Shown: piece by piece, positions 27,426-41,857 of the stretch
How positions within the stretch are numbered: position 1 is the first letter of the stretch
Layout of the letters: each line of letters begins with the position of its first letter
Assembly (NCBI GenBank): GCA_964016885.1
Contig: OZ024747.1
Span: forward strand, 48,112,001-48,176,000
From: Eledone cirrhosa
Taxonomy: Eukaryota
Length of the DNA stretch: 64,000 bases
Direction: 5' to 3'
Program-made: the position numbers and the translations under genes
The notes under the pieces: model-generated
Told to the model about the DNA's origin: nothing
Databases searched by the model: none
What the model saw: the letters and a program-made list of their open reading frames with translations, nothing else

Positions 27426-28380
27426 CAAAAGGTCATCAATGGCGTGGATGACCGGATAAGCCTTCAGTCAGACCTACTGGCTGTTACCCAATGGGCAGAA
27501 AAGAACAACATGTTACTGAACGAAGACAAATTCGAACTGATCCACTTTGGAAAAGAGGATGCTCTGAAACTCCCGTACTCCCTTCCCTCCGGGGAAACTC
27601 TCGTGGCATCTAACAACATCAGAGACTTGGGAGTAACCGTGGACAGCAACATAAGCTGGACCACGCATATAAGCAGCAAAGTTGACATGGCCCGCAGAAT
27701 GTGTTCCTGGATCCTCAGAACCTTCCAGTCGAGAGATTCCCGCACCATTATCCTTCTCTTCTCTACTTTCGCCCGACCACACCTTGAATACTGTTGTCCA
27801 CTGTGGTCTCCCCACACGAAACAAAGTATCATGAAACTTGAAGCTCCTCAAAGGGCAATCACGAAAAAGATAGATGGCATGTCAGACCTTGACTACTGGG
27901 GTCGATTGGAAAACCTGAAACTTTACTCACTCCAACGTCGCCGTGAGCGTTATATTATCTGCATGATGTGGAAAATGTTCCATCATCACTGCCCAAATGA
28001 TGTTGGCATCGCCTTCAAGATACACCCAAGGCTTGGGGCCCCGTGCTATCCGTCCCATTCAAAAATCTAAATCGCAACTCATAACAACAATACGGCACAA
28101 TTATTTCACCTCAATCGGCCCTGCTCTCTTCAACATCACACCAGGACACGTCAAAACAGAAACTGACCACACAAAATTCAAGAAGTCTTTGGACAAATTC
28201 CTCCAAGTAATCCCGGACAAACCACCCACACCCGGATATGTCTCCGCAAACAGTAATTCTCTTCTCGAATGGGCCATGGTGCCCAAATCCTGAATTGAAA
28301 GACTTCGCCAGGTGGTGCTATTAAGTTAGACATGGCCTGGGCCAATACTGGCCAAAACATTTCAAAGTTATTCAAAGTTA
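27426..28380 (+). mobile_element. 3' fragment of CR1/L2-group LINE (family 2)
   Basis: Translates [47 protein letters not shown], with a frameshift near 28035, then GPALFN..NSLLEW (stop 28293). Tail is (TTCAAAGTTA)x2. Confidence 0.85.
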
Positions 28381-28720
28381 TACATATATATATATACATA
28401 TATACAATATATATATACATATATACATATACATATATACATATATACATATACACATATATATATATACATATATATATATACATATATATATATACAT
28501 ATATACATATATATATATACATATATACATATATATATATACATATATACATATATATATATACATATATACATATATATATATACATATATACATATAT
28601 ATATATACATATATACATATATACATATATACATATATACATATATACATATATACATATATATATATACACATATATATATATATACACATATATACAT
28701 ATATATATATACATATATAC

Positions 28721-28799
<79 letters not shown>

Positions 28800-28854
28800 C
28801 ATATACATATATATACATATACATATATATACATATACATATATATACATATAC

Positions 28855-28885
<31 letters not shown>

Positions 28886-28902
28886 CATATATATACATAT
28901 AC

Positions 28903-28949
<47 letters not shown>

Positions 28950-28976
28950 CATATATATACATATATATATATATAC

Positions 28977-29007
<31 letters not shown>

Positions 29008-29010
29008 CAC

Positions 29011-29269
<259 letters not shown>

Positions 29270-29284
29270 CATATATATATATAC

Positions 29285-29315
<31 letters not shown>

Positions 29316-29493
29316 CATATACATATACATATATATATATATACATATATATATACATATATATATACATATATATATATACATACATATATATATACAT
29401 ACATATATATATATATACATATATATATACATACATATATATATACATACATATATATACATATATATATATACACATATATATATATACATA

Positions 29494-29533
<40 letters not shown>

Positions 29534-29624
29534 CATACATATATATATACATACATATATATACATATATATATATATACATATATATATACATATATAT
29601 ATATATACATATATATATACATAC

Positions 29625-29689
<65 letters not shown>

Positions 29690-29761
29690 CATACATATAT
29701 ATATATACATACATATATATATATACATACATATATATATATACATATATATATACATACA

Positions 29762-29816
<55 letters not shown>

Positions 29817-29834
29817 ACATATATATATACATAC

Positions 29835-29865
<31 letters not shown>

Positions 29866-29961
29866 CATACATATATATATATATACATACATATATATAT
29901 ATATACATAATATATATACATATATATATATACATATATATATATACATATATATATATAC

Positions 29962-30030
<69 letters not shown>

Positions 30031-30118
30031 CATATATATATACATATATATATATACATATATATATACATATATATATATACATATATATATATACATA
30101 CATATATATATATACATA

Positions 30119-30159
<41 letters not shown>

Positions 30160-30340
30160 ACATATATATATATACATACATATATATATATACATATATA
30201 TATATACATATAATATATATACATACATATATATATATACATATATATATATATACATACATATATATATACATATATATATATATACATACATATATAT
30301 ATATACATATATATATATATACATACATATATATATATAC

Positions 30341-30371
<31 letters not shown>

Positions 30372-30473
30372 CATACATATATATATATACATATATATAT
30401 ATACATATATATATATACATATATAATATACATATATATATATACATATTTATATATACATATATATATATAC

Positions 30474-30518
<45 letters not shown>

Positions 30519-30847
30519 CATATATATATATACATATATATATACATATATAATATTACATACATATATATATATATACATATATATATATACATATATA
30601 TATATACATATATATATATACATATATATATATATAACATATATATATACATATATATATATACATATATATATATATACATATATATATTACACATATA
30701 TATATATACATATAATATATACATATATATATATATACATATATATATATACACATATATATATATACATATATATTATATAACATATATACATATATAT
30801 ATATATATACATATATATATACATATATATAATATATACATATATAC

Positions 30848-30878
<31 letters not shown>

Positions 30879-30911
30879 CATATATATATACATACATATA
30901 TATATATATAC

Positions 30912-30942
<31 letters not shown>

Positions 30943-31005
30943 CATATATATATACATATATATATATACATACATATATATATATATACATATATATATA
31001 CATAC

Positions 31006-31038
<33 letters not shown>

Positions 31039-31257
31039 CATACATATATATATATACATACATATATATATATACATACATATATATATATACATATATA
31101 TATACATATATATATATATACATACATATATATATATATACATATATATATATACATACATATATATATATATACATATATATATACATACATATATATA
31201 TATATACATATATATATACATACATATATATATATATACATATATATATATACATAC

Positions 31258-31288
<31 letters not shown>

Positions 31289-31326
31289 CATATATATATA
31301 TACATACATATATATATATATACATA

Positions 31327-31367
<41 letters not shown>

Positions 31368-31461
31368 ATACATATATATATATACATATATACATATATA
31401 TATATATACATACATATATATATACATATATATATATATACATACATATATATATACATAC

Positions 31462-31508
<47 letters not shown>

Positions 31509-31517
31509 CATATATAC

Positions 31518-31548
<31 letters not shown>

Positions 31549-31567
31549 CATACATATATATATATAC

Positions 31568-31600
<33 letters not shown>

Positions 31601-31659
31601 CATACATATATATATATACATACATATATATATATACATACATATATATATATACATAC

Positions 31660-31708
<49 letters not shown>

Positions 31709-31790
31709 CATACATATATATATATACATACATATATATATATACATACATATATATATATACATACATATATATATATATATACATACA

Positions 31791-31856
<66 letters not shown>

Positions 31857-32237
31857 CACATATATATATATATACATACATATATATATACATACATATA
31901 TATATATATACATACATATATATATATATATACATACATATATATATATATATACATACATATATATATATATACATACATATATATATATACATACATA
32001 TATATATATACATACATATATATATATACATACATATATATATATACATACTATATATATATACATAGATACATATATATATATACATACATATATATAT
32101 ATACATACATATATATATATACATACATATATATATATACATACATATATATATATACATACATATATATATATACATACATATATATATATACATACAT
32201 ATATATATATACATACATATATATATATACATACATA

Positions 32238-32269
<32 letters not shown>

Positions 32270-32276
32270 CATATAT

Positions 32277-32309
<33 letters not shown>

Positions 32310-32320
32310 CATACATATAC

Positions 32321-32367
<47 letters not shown>

Positions 32368-32600
32368 CATATATATACATACATATATATATATATATAT
32401 ACATACATATACATATATATACATACATATACATATATATACATACATATACATATATATACATACATATACATATATATATATACATACATATACATAT
32501 ATATATACATACATATACATATATATATACATACATATACATACATACATATATATATACGTATATATATACATATATATAAGCATATATATATATAAAC

Positions 32601-32631
<31 letters not shown>

Positions 32632-32654
32632 CACATATATATGTACGTATGTAT

Positions 32655-33263
32655 GGTGTCAGGTCACCAGTTGGTGCTACTGGTAACATGTATCCCAGTA
32701 CAACCTGTCCCATGGTCGGGTCGTTGGCGACTAAACTGGCAACCCCACCAAGGTTTCTTGGTGAGGAGAGTGACTTTGGACATCCTGCAGGACTAAAAAC
32801 AAAACCTGTCAAAGGGCAAAGGAGCTCTTTAGAGTCAATGGCCATCCAAATCACTGGGAGAGATGACCCCTTAGCCTTTGTCAAGGCAGAATTCTAGGAG
32901 AAGGAAAACTCTGATATAACACCTGCAACCCTGATGGTATCCAATGATGTTGACTTGTTCTTCTTTTTGGTAAATATTATCTTGGTTAAGAGAGTGGGAC
33001 TGGCTTTGTGCAGTGCCTTTGCTCACTATAAAAGCTTCACGGCACAGGCATTGCTTTATATCTGGAGATCTCTCTGCACTTGTCGTCACATGGTACCATG
33101 GGCCCAGCACTATGTGTCAATAATTGTCACAAGTGTAGTGTTTGTACCAGAGTTTTCAAGTCGCTGGCTGGACTAAAAAGTCACACTCGTTCAGCGCATT
33201 GGTAGGGGTTCTCCTACATGGATATAAAGTAGTGGCCGTACTCGAAAACGAGTTGGCAGCCAC
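32655..33263 (+). mobile_element. Element A copy 4 (longest 5' end, opposite orientation)
   Basis: Reverse complement of copy 1 plus about 27 extra 5' nt; ends CTCGAAAACGAGTTGGCAGCCAC-(TA)n. Confidence 0.87.
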
Positions 33264-33315
33264 TATATATATATATATATATAAACACATATATATATAC
33301 ACATATATATGTACG

Positions 33316-33348
<33 letters not shown>

Positions 33349-33562
33349 TCATATATATATATATAAACATATATATATAAACATATATATATATAAATAT
33401 ATATATATATAAATATATATATATATAAACACATATATATAAACATTATATATATAAACACATATAAACACACACCTATCTATATAAACACATATATAAC
33501 TATATATAAACACATATATATCTATATATATATAAATACACACACACTATACAACACTTACT

Positions 33563-34540
33563 ATCATCATCATTTAACTTCTACTTTTCCACTTGCATTT
33601 ATTACAATATCAGAGGTTGTCACGTCAGACAAGTCAGGTCAAGTGACTGCGTATTGCTTATACAGAACTGTACCTCGGCTTGGTTTCTACGGATGGATGC
33701 CGTTCCTAAAAACAACCACATTACAGTGTGGACTGGAGGGGGCGGGGGGGGGGGCTTTTTATTGACCCCAAAACAACCATCTAACAGGGTGAACTTAGTG
33801 CTTTTTGTCATGGCAACAACATTGTAGGAGATAAGATGTAGTGTGTGACCAGCTTTCATGCTTGGATGCATAGGTTAGGCAGTAGAGGGTGAGAAGTGAG
33901 GATTTGGGAGGGGAAGAACAAGTAAGCAAGTTCGACATCAACGAGGTGTGTGGGATATTTAGCCGGTGAGAGATAAAGAGAAGTGTCCTCTGCATGTTTG
34001 TTTCATCCTGTGCACGTGGAAAGGTGGGTCTTCTGTAGTACTGCTTAACACTAGAGATCTCGATCCCGTGTCATCTCCTTTGAGAGGTTTAATTGGGCAA
34101 AGTCAGCTTTTATCACTTTATCCCAAGCTTTTCTAGGTCTTCTTCCATAGTTTCCGTCAACTTTGAATGCCCTGCATCCTTTGATACAACTGTCATCCTC
34201 CATACACATCACATGCCCATACCACTACAACCTCCTCTCCTGCACACTGCATCTGACTCCATTGGAGCATGCAAGCTTTATTTATTTCCAATCTTTCTAG
34301 GTCCTCTGCACACAGTATCCAGGTCTTACTTCCAAGTGTCATATAGCCTGCCTTTCATTTTGAGCAAATCTCTTGTAGCTAGCTGAATTTTTTCCATCAT
34401 GTTCTCACACTGGTTACTGTTCCTTTAGAACACCCACATCTGCTGCTAATTTGGTCACCCAGGTAACAGAAGTTATTAAATACTTCTACAGAGCTCTCTG
34501 AGCATTTAAAGGAGTTTGTTTCCTGTGAGCTCTTGCTGGT
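33563..34540 (-). mobile_element. Degenerate composite RTE-derived repeat and older RTE fragments
   Basis: (TCA)n tail, GGATGCCGTTCCTAA body, RTE C-terminal codons at 34030-34260 (YGHVM) and NFCYLGDQI near 34450-34480. Confidence 0.6.
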
Positions 34541-35693
34541 ACTACTGCTACTAGAGTTTCATGCAACAGTGAGATCAAAAGGACCATGACAGGTCTTGAA
34601 TTGATAGCAGATCCTTATAGGTATAGCATCTGCCATTGGAATCATGACTGTGTGTATATGTACAGTGGTCAGCGGCTGTTCACAATATTATGAATTCACA
34701 GGCTGTAACCAATTCAAACTATCCAGGGTGAATGCCAACACAAATACAAGTAATTCATTGAAAACATTACAGCTATTACAACCACTACTACTACCACTAG
34801 AGTTACCACTTAAATCAACATCATTACTACAACACTCACTGAACTGTGTCAATGGCTGAAACAATTTCATTCACTTAACTTTTTAAGTAAGGTACAGATC
34901 TTCAATGAGCAATGGGACCAGTTTATGCTGAACAGTGACAATATATACAAACACTTTATATCAACCAAATTTATTCACAAGACTATAAAAGAAGACATTT
35001 GCCAAAGGAGTGCCCCAAGACCATGTAGTTGCGAAGTAAACTTCCTAACCAGGCAGTAATGAATACGCCTGTAAACAAAGTCAAGATCAACACACACAAA
35101 CACTCATACATACACTCAAGACTCTCAAACATATACACAGATGAGCACTCATATACACACAGAGGCAATCTCGCACATATTCATACAAGCAATTTCATAG
35201 AGAGAGCGCAAGGGGAGTGATCACATACAGATACACACACTTTGCTATATAGTATTTTTACTTAGTTATTATAGGCTAATCAATAGCAACAGCACAGTGC
35301 TAAAGAAAGTCTAGCTTGGTACAAGTTACTGTAAAATCTAACCAATTACCTCCTCCTCCTTTACTTAAGTAAAAGTTATTTTGTGTCATGTAATTACAGT
35401 AGTCTCAAATAAGACTTGTCTAGCCAAGATTTCTATTGATTCCAGTCACACCTTCTATCAGTAATGTAGCAGCATCAGCTCACCTAACATCCACAGGCAG
35501 CAAAAATCATACATATAAATATGGTTGGTGTTAGGAAGGGCATCCAGCTGTAAAAAACCCTGGCTAAATTTAGTCCCGTTGGAGCAAGGTACAGCGTGGC
35601 CAATCCTGGCCAGACTTGTCTCTCAACACAGATGACCCATGCAAGCATGGAAAAATGGATATAAAATGTGATGAGGATAATGATATATATATA

Positions 35694-35725
<32 letters not shown>

Positions 35726-35924
35726 ATTTGTTTTTTAAATTGTGAGAATCCCAAACACTGAAAATAACTGAAATAACAGCCAACCACTATAAATAATATC
35801 TCAGAAAATCAGGAAAATACTCCTGGAGCCAGAAAGATGTGACCAGAAGCATCTGCATGGAATATATATGTACAGAAATTAATATAGCTGAGGTCTTTTT
35901 TTTTGTTTATTCAAGGAGCATTAT

Positions 35925-36880
35925 ATCATCATCATCGTTTAACGTCTATCTTCACGCTAGCATGGGTTAGACGGGAATTGTCCCACTTGAGGCAAGAATG
36001 GTCGGGTGACCGTGTCTCGCTCGTATAGGACTATCTGGCAGTTTTCTACGGCTGGATGCCCTTCCTAACACCAACCTCATTTACAGTGTGGAACTGGGAA
36101 CTTTTTACCGTGTTACCTACAAAGCCACATTACAGCTTGGACTGTGTTTTTTTGTCGTGACACCTACACCATCTCGATCTCATCTCATTTATTTGGACTG
36201 GATGTTGTGGTACCAACTTTACAGAGAGTGGGTGGTGTTAGTGAGAGTGGGAGGATAGAGTAGGGTAGTGGATTGGGGTGTATATTTGGTTAAGAGGTGT
36301 CTACTGACTGCACTATCTGGCAGTTTTCTATGGCTGAATGCCCTTCCTAACATCAACCACATTTACAGTGTGGACTGAGAGCGTTTTACCGTGTTACTTT
36401 CACAGCCACATTACAGCATGACATCTACACGACCTCATTAGTTTGAACTGGATGTTGTGGTACCAACATAACTTTACAGAGAAAGGGTGGTGTTGGTGGG
36501 AGTGGGAGGATGGAGTAGGGGTAGTGGGTAGGAGGTAGGGGTGTATATTTGGTTAAGAGGTGCCTACTTACTGTTGGTTTCGCTTTGTACATAAGCAAGG
36601 CGGGTCTTCTGTATTACTGTGTAGCACCAAAGATCTCGGTCCAGTGACATTGTCTTAGAGAGGTGCAAGTGTGTAAGGTCGGAATTTATCAAATCGTCCC
36701 AGGTTTTTCTGGGTCTACCTACTCCGTAACTACCATCAATTTTGATTGCCCTGCACTTTTTTATACAGCTGTCGTCTTTCATGTGCATCACGTGACCATA
36801 CCAACGTAGTCTTCTCTCAAGTAAACAGCATCTGATCCCTCTTATTCCTAATTTCTCACTTAGTTCATTTATGTTTTGCC
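35925..36880 (-). mobile_element. Composite RTE-derived repeat with ~270-bp internal tandem duplication
   Basis: ORF 36564-36950 contains [19 protein letters not shown]. The body is duplicated at 36030-36305 and 36313-36567. Junction is the same as in 845-1388. Confidence 0.8.
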
Positions 36881-37059
36881 TTAATTTGAATGTAAATGCA
36901 TCCAGATTAACAAAGTCAGCCACAAACCCAAGCAAACATAAACTATACACCTACATTTGACCGCATTTACCAGCCTCAGAAACTGAATGAAGTGTTAAGC
37001 CACAGACGTCCTACACTATGTCACAACCTTTCCACCAAAACAATCACTGACCTGCACCA

Positions 37060-37320
37060 ATTACTGGTATGTGGATGATGGATAACAGCTGGCTACAGCC
37101 ATCATATTACATAGTTTCTATATAATAATAATAATAATCTTCAGCAATTACAACCCCATTACAGAATTGACATGGAACTCACGCATAACCAATACAACTG
37201 TTAGGAACTACCAGCTAGCCCCTTACAAACTTGACTAGGTATACAGGCAATAACCTGAGTGCCACAACTAGAACCAGAACTGATCCAACCCACCCTTTAT
37301 TCAAAACCTGTACCCACTGA
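37060..37320 (+). mobile_element. Possible highly degraded LINE relic (Ingi/Vingi-like)
   Basis: Only short motifs: YVDD at 37068-37079 and RTDPTHPLF near 37276-37302. Confidence 0.25.
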
Positions 37321-37849
37321 AACTGACAAACCTGAGGTGGAAAGAAGTGAGGGAGATGCCAAACATTTGTGACTAAAGCTAAGAAATGAAACAAACAGTT
37401 TAGAGAAACCTCATTACAAATCACTACCTACAGTAGCCCCTTCTATCACTCCTTTGTTCCCATCAAATGGTGGTAGTGTTGATGCACTCAGTAAATTCTG
37501 TAACATTAGGAAGGGTATCCAGCCAAAGAAACCATGACATAATATGGAATGTATGAGCAAGACATAGATCTCCAACCCATCTGTTCACAGAGAATGGCAT
37601 AGAAAATTGACATAAAATGATGTACATATCTAGACAGAATAATTAACATGTAAAACTATATATACTTCTTACAAAACATTGCCAAACTCAATTGTTTAAC
37701 CAAGGCAAGCAGGGAAAAACATATACAGTGATGATGATGCTAGGGTACTCATTGTAAGCTACATCTGTTAAATGGCAGCAGTCACATCTAAACATCTGAC
37801 AATCATAATACCAGTACCATTTACTTTAGTAGAGTGGTATTGTTGGAGT

Positions 37850-38597
37850 CACGGAAAAATGCACCTAAGTACGCTGTAAAATGTTTGTACCGGCACCACA
37901 ACAAAATGCACCCAGTACACTCTTAAGTGGTAATGCTGATGCCATGATAAAATGCATCCGGTACACTCTGTAAAGTGGTTGGCATTAGGAAACATCCAGT
38001 CATGGAAACTATGCCAAATGTGAAATTCTCTGACTAGTCTAGTCTAAGATTATGACAATCCATCCAACCCTTACCAGCATGGAAAGCAGACATAAAATGA
38101 TGGCTATATGGCGGTGCCCCAGCCTATCGGCTGGAACATATAATACAAATAGAAAAAATGATGTCATCATCAGAGGAAATAGGGCAGTGACAATGACATT
38201 TGAAGAGCCTCCAAAAGAAAGAAAAGGTTTAAGAAAGCACACCCCATTGCACATTAAGATAGTGAAGTATTCTAGGTCAAATGTTTAAAGCTTTGTAGAC
38301 TCCATCAAAGGCACCCAAGGGCCAAGTGGTAGTGTTAAACTTGAAAACAGATTATGTGTGTACATTTAAATTTACCATGCACTTCAACAATATTTCTTAG
38401 AGGATTGCCTGACATTAAACAATGATATATATATATATATATATATCATTGTTTAACGTCTATCTTCCAAGCTAGCATGGGTTAGACTGGTTTGTCCCAC
38501 TTGAGGCAAGTTGGGTCATGTGACCGTGTCTCGCTCGTATAGGATTGTTTTGGCTGGTTTTCTACGTCTGGATGCCCTTCCTAGCACCAACCACATT

Positions 38598-38629
<32 letters not shown>

Positions 38630-40070
38630 AACAATAAAAGTGGTTGGTGATAGGAAGAGCATCCAACTGTAGAATGTAGCAACCATGCCAAAACCAGAAT
38701 ATATGTAAGCCAGGTATATCTCCTTATCTGTCTATGATTAAGTAGTTCTGACTTGGTTTGAGATGGCCCGTCCAACCCATACCTGCAGGGAAAAACAGAC
38801 GTTAAATGATAATTGTTTCTACTTTTGGCACAAAGCCAGCAATTATCCCAGTGTATTACTGCTACTTTATTTTATCAATCCCATAAGGATGAAAGGTAAA
38901 GTTCATAAAGATCATAAAGGGCCGTAACTCTATGTTGCAAAGCATGGCCTCCAACCCTCCACCGATACTGAAGTGATAATGATGATATTTACGATAAAGT
39001 AGATCCAGTTTAATCTCAAGTAATCGGAAATGATAGTCTAAAGGAGTCCAAGATGTTAATCCATGTTATTTGGTATGGATACAAGTCGGTCTGTGCTAAA
39101 AGAAAAAGATGGCTTTCTCATAATTATACATGAATTAACTTCTCTTGTTTTTTTATTTCTTTCCAATAAAAGACAAATAAGTTCAAAATGTCAAACATTA
39201 CTCTCCTTCACTCATTTTCCATCAAACATGAGTTTTTATGTTATTCGTTAACATCCTTAGCATCAGATTTGCACTCATTTATCCAGACAATCTTATTAAT
39301 AACAGTCATGCCTGCACCTCAGTGCCCAGTATTATGGCAGAATCATTTGAGAGTCAAACAAATTAGTATATGGTATTTAGTTAGTCAGTTATGTTCAGTT
39401 CAAAACTTTTGAAAGTCAACTTCATCTTTCATCCTTCCAGGGTTGACAAAATAAATTATCACTCAAGTACTGGGGTAAATTTTATCAACTCTCCTCTGCC
39501 CCAAATGGCTGACCTTGTGCCTAAAGTAGAAACACACTCACTGCAAAGGCGTATTGCCTTGTGGCTTGGGTGTTGAAAACAAAATCATATAGTCATGGGT
39601 TCGATTTCTGGACGAAGTGGATTGTTCTTTTCTTGAACAAGATTTTATTTTACGTTGCTTTTCATCATAGAACTGAGACGACTATCATTAAAACTCAAGA
39701 AAATTTCTATGAGATTTTATCTTGGAAGAAGCCAGCCAAATTTGCAAAGGCGTGAGCTGCAAATTTCATTTTTTTCCAAATATACATCATATATGCTAGC
39801 AGGGAAAACACACACACATATATACATATAGATGTGTGTATCCTGGTTTGTGTAGGTATCACGACAAAAAACACAGTCCACGCTGTAATGTGGTCGTGTA
39901 AGTAACACGATAAAAAGCTGCCAATCCACATGGCATCCAGCCGTAGAAAACCTGCCAGATAGTCCTATGCAAGCAAGACACGGTCACCCGACCAATCTTA
40001 CCTCAAGTGGGACAACTCCCATCTAACCCATGCTAGTGTGGAAGATAGACGTTAAACGATGATGATGATG
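37850..40070. repeat. Cluster of SINE fragments and RTE-tailed short repeats
   Basis: Recurrent GGAAGGGCATCC/CCCATGC..GCATGGAA modules at 37980-38100, 38447-38596, 38640-38810 and 39850-40070. TTTCATCCTT..GGG..GA.AAAAT central-domain fragments at 38860-38900 (-) and 39420-39480 (+). Confidence 0.6.
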
Positions 40071-40135
40071 ACATACAATATCCCAGCATGGAAAAGTAGA
40101 GATAAAAACGATGAAAAATAAATATATATATATAT

Positions 40136-40478
40136 GGAGGCACATGGCTTAGTGGTTAGAGCATTGGGCTTGCAATCGAAAGGTTGTGAGTTCAATTCTC
40201 AGACCGGGTGATATGGTGTTTCCTTGAGCAAGACACTTTATTTCACATTGCTCCAGTTTACTCAGCTGTAGAAATGAGATGATAGGACTGGGTCGTGGAG
40301 GTGTCACGGCAAAAAAGCACCCAGCCCACACTATAAACTGGACGTGTAGGCGCCACGGAAAAAAAGCACCCAGCACTCATTGTAAATGAGGATGGTGTTA
40401 GGAAGGGCATCTAGCTGTAGAAATCAAGCCAGAATCAGTTCCCGTCCCACCCTTGCAAGCAGGGAAAAGCGGGCGTAA

Positions 40479-40480
<2 letters not shown>
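40136..40480 (+). mobile_element. tRNA-derived SINE with RTE-type 3' tail
   Basis: A box TGGCTTAGTGG, B box GAGTTCAATTC, CCTTGAGCAAGACACTT core. Tail CCCGTCCCACCCTTGCAAGCAGGGAAAAGCGG matches the LINE end at 56501-56533. Confidence 0.85.
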
Positions 40481-40519
<39 letters not shown>

Positions 40520-40670
40520 CATCATTGTTTTTACCTATACTTTTCCATGCTGCCATGGGTTGGATGGGATATATTATTATATATAAATATATACATACAC
40601 ACACACATACACATGGGTATAAATATATTTATATAACATGAATCTATAAAAATGCATATCTCTACATATA

Positions 40671-41857
40671 CAAGGGTAAGTAAAAAAATTTCCGGACTAG
40701 CTCTTTATTAAGTTTAACAACCATCTCCTTTGAAATAGTCCCCTTGCACAACAATGCACCAATCCCAGGGTTTTTGCCACTCCTGGAATGTGGCCTAGAA
40801 GTTGTCTTTTGTAATCTTGTCGAGAACCCTCTACAATTCATGCTGGATCTTTGCAACACTGTTAAAACCAACTTTTAAGCTTGCTTTTCATCTTCAGGAA
40901 AAGGACAAAGCCCACAGGAGCTAAATCTGGAAAGTAGGGTGGCGGCAGAAATGATGGCATGTTGTGCTTGGCGAGAAACTCACGGATGATGAGTGCTTGG
41001 TGACAGGATGCATTGTCATCATGGAGAATCCAGCTCTTCACGTGCCACAGATCCAGTCGCTTTTGTCAAATGTTCTCAAATGCCTCTGGACTTTGCAGTA
41101 AAACTCTTTTTGGATAGTCTGGCCCTTGGGAACGAATTCTAAATGAACAATGCGACAGATGTCGAAAAAGATGATGAATAATGCGTCAGATGTCGAAAAA
41201 GATGATGAGCATGGTCTTGATTGAACTGTGGTTGTCTCGCCTTCTTCGGGTGTAGAGTTGATGGCATCTTCCATTGCGTTGACTGCTACTTTGTCTCTGG
41301 ATCATACCTATAAACCTAAGACTTGTCACCGGTGATGATCCTTGAATTAATGATGGCTCATCCACTACACTCCGTTTGGGTTCTCGGCAAACTCATACGA
41401 CACACCAAAAATTTTAGTAAAGTCATTGATTGCCCTCCAACGACCCTCAAGCACAAGTTACCTAATTTTTTCCCCATTTCCAGGATTGATGCTCGTTGTC
41501 TTCCGGGGATATTCTGCTTTGGAAGCAAGCACCCATGCCACTCGAAACATTGCGAACGACCCATTGCCACGTGACCGTAAGCTTGATGAAGCCTGTTCAA
41601 TCTATCTGCAGCCAATTTTCATACTTTAACGCAAAATTTCACATTGGCTCTTTGTTCCATCTTGATGTCCATGATGTAATTGCAGGCTTGCACTCAAACA
41701 TGATCAGAAAAACACTAATGGAACTCACGATGTAAACACAGTGATGTCACTGGGTACACTGACTTATGACAGTTATAGCTATCACTGCATGCACAACCCT
41801 GTGCTGCCATTTGTTGGCACTACAGAGCTAGTCTGGAAACTTTTTGATGCCACCTCA
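40671..41857 (-). mobile_element. Decayed mariner DNA transposon
   Basis: Imperfect TIRs (AAAAA.TTTCC.GACTAGCTCT) and a TA at the left end. Transposase relics QAYG..GRSQCFEWH, IITGD..YDPETK, IFFD..IVHLEFVPKGQT, LHDDNA, PYFPDLAP. Confidence 0.88.

Noticed and set aside
37103-37150. CTGAAGA..GAAA..GTA on the - strand as a hammerhead
   Set aside because: Stem II is only an (ATT)n tract and stem I does not pair.
40136-40210. tRNA gene
   Set aside because: A/B boxes continue into a SINE core and LINE tail; no proper acceptor stem.
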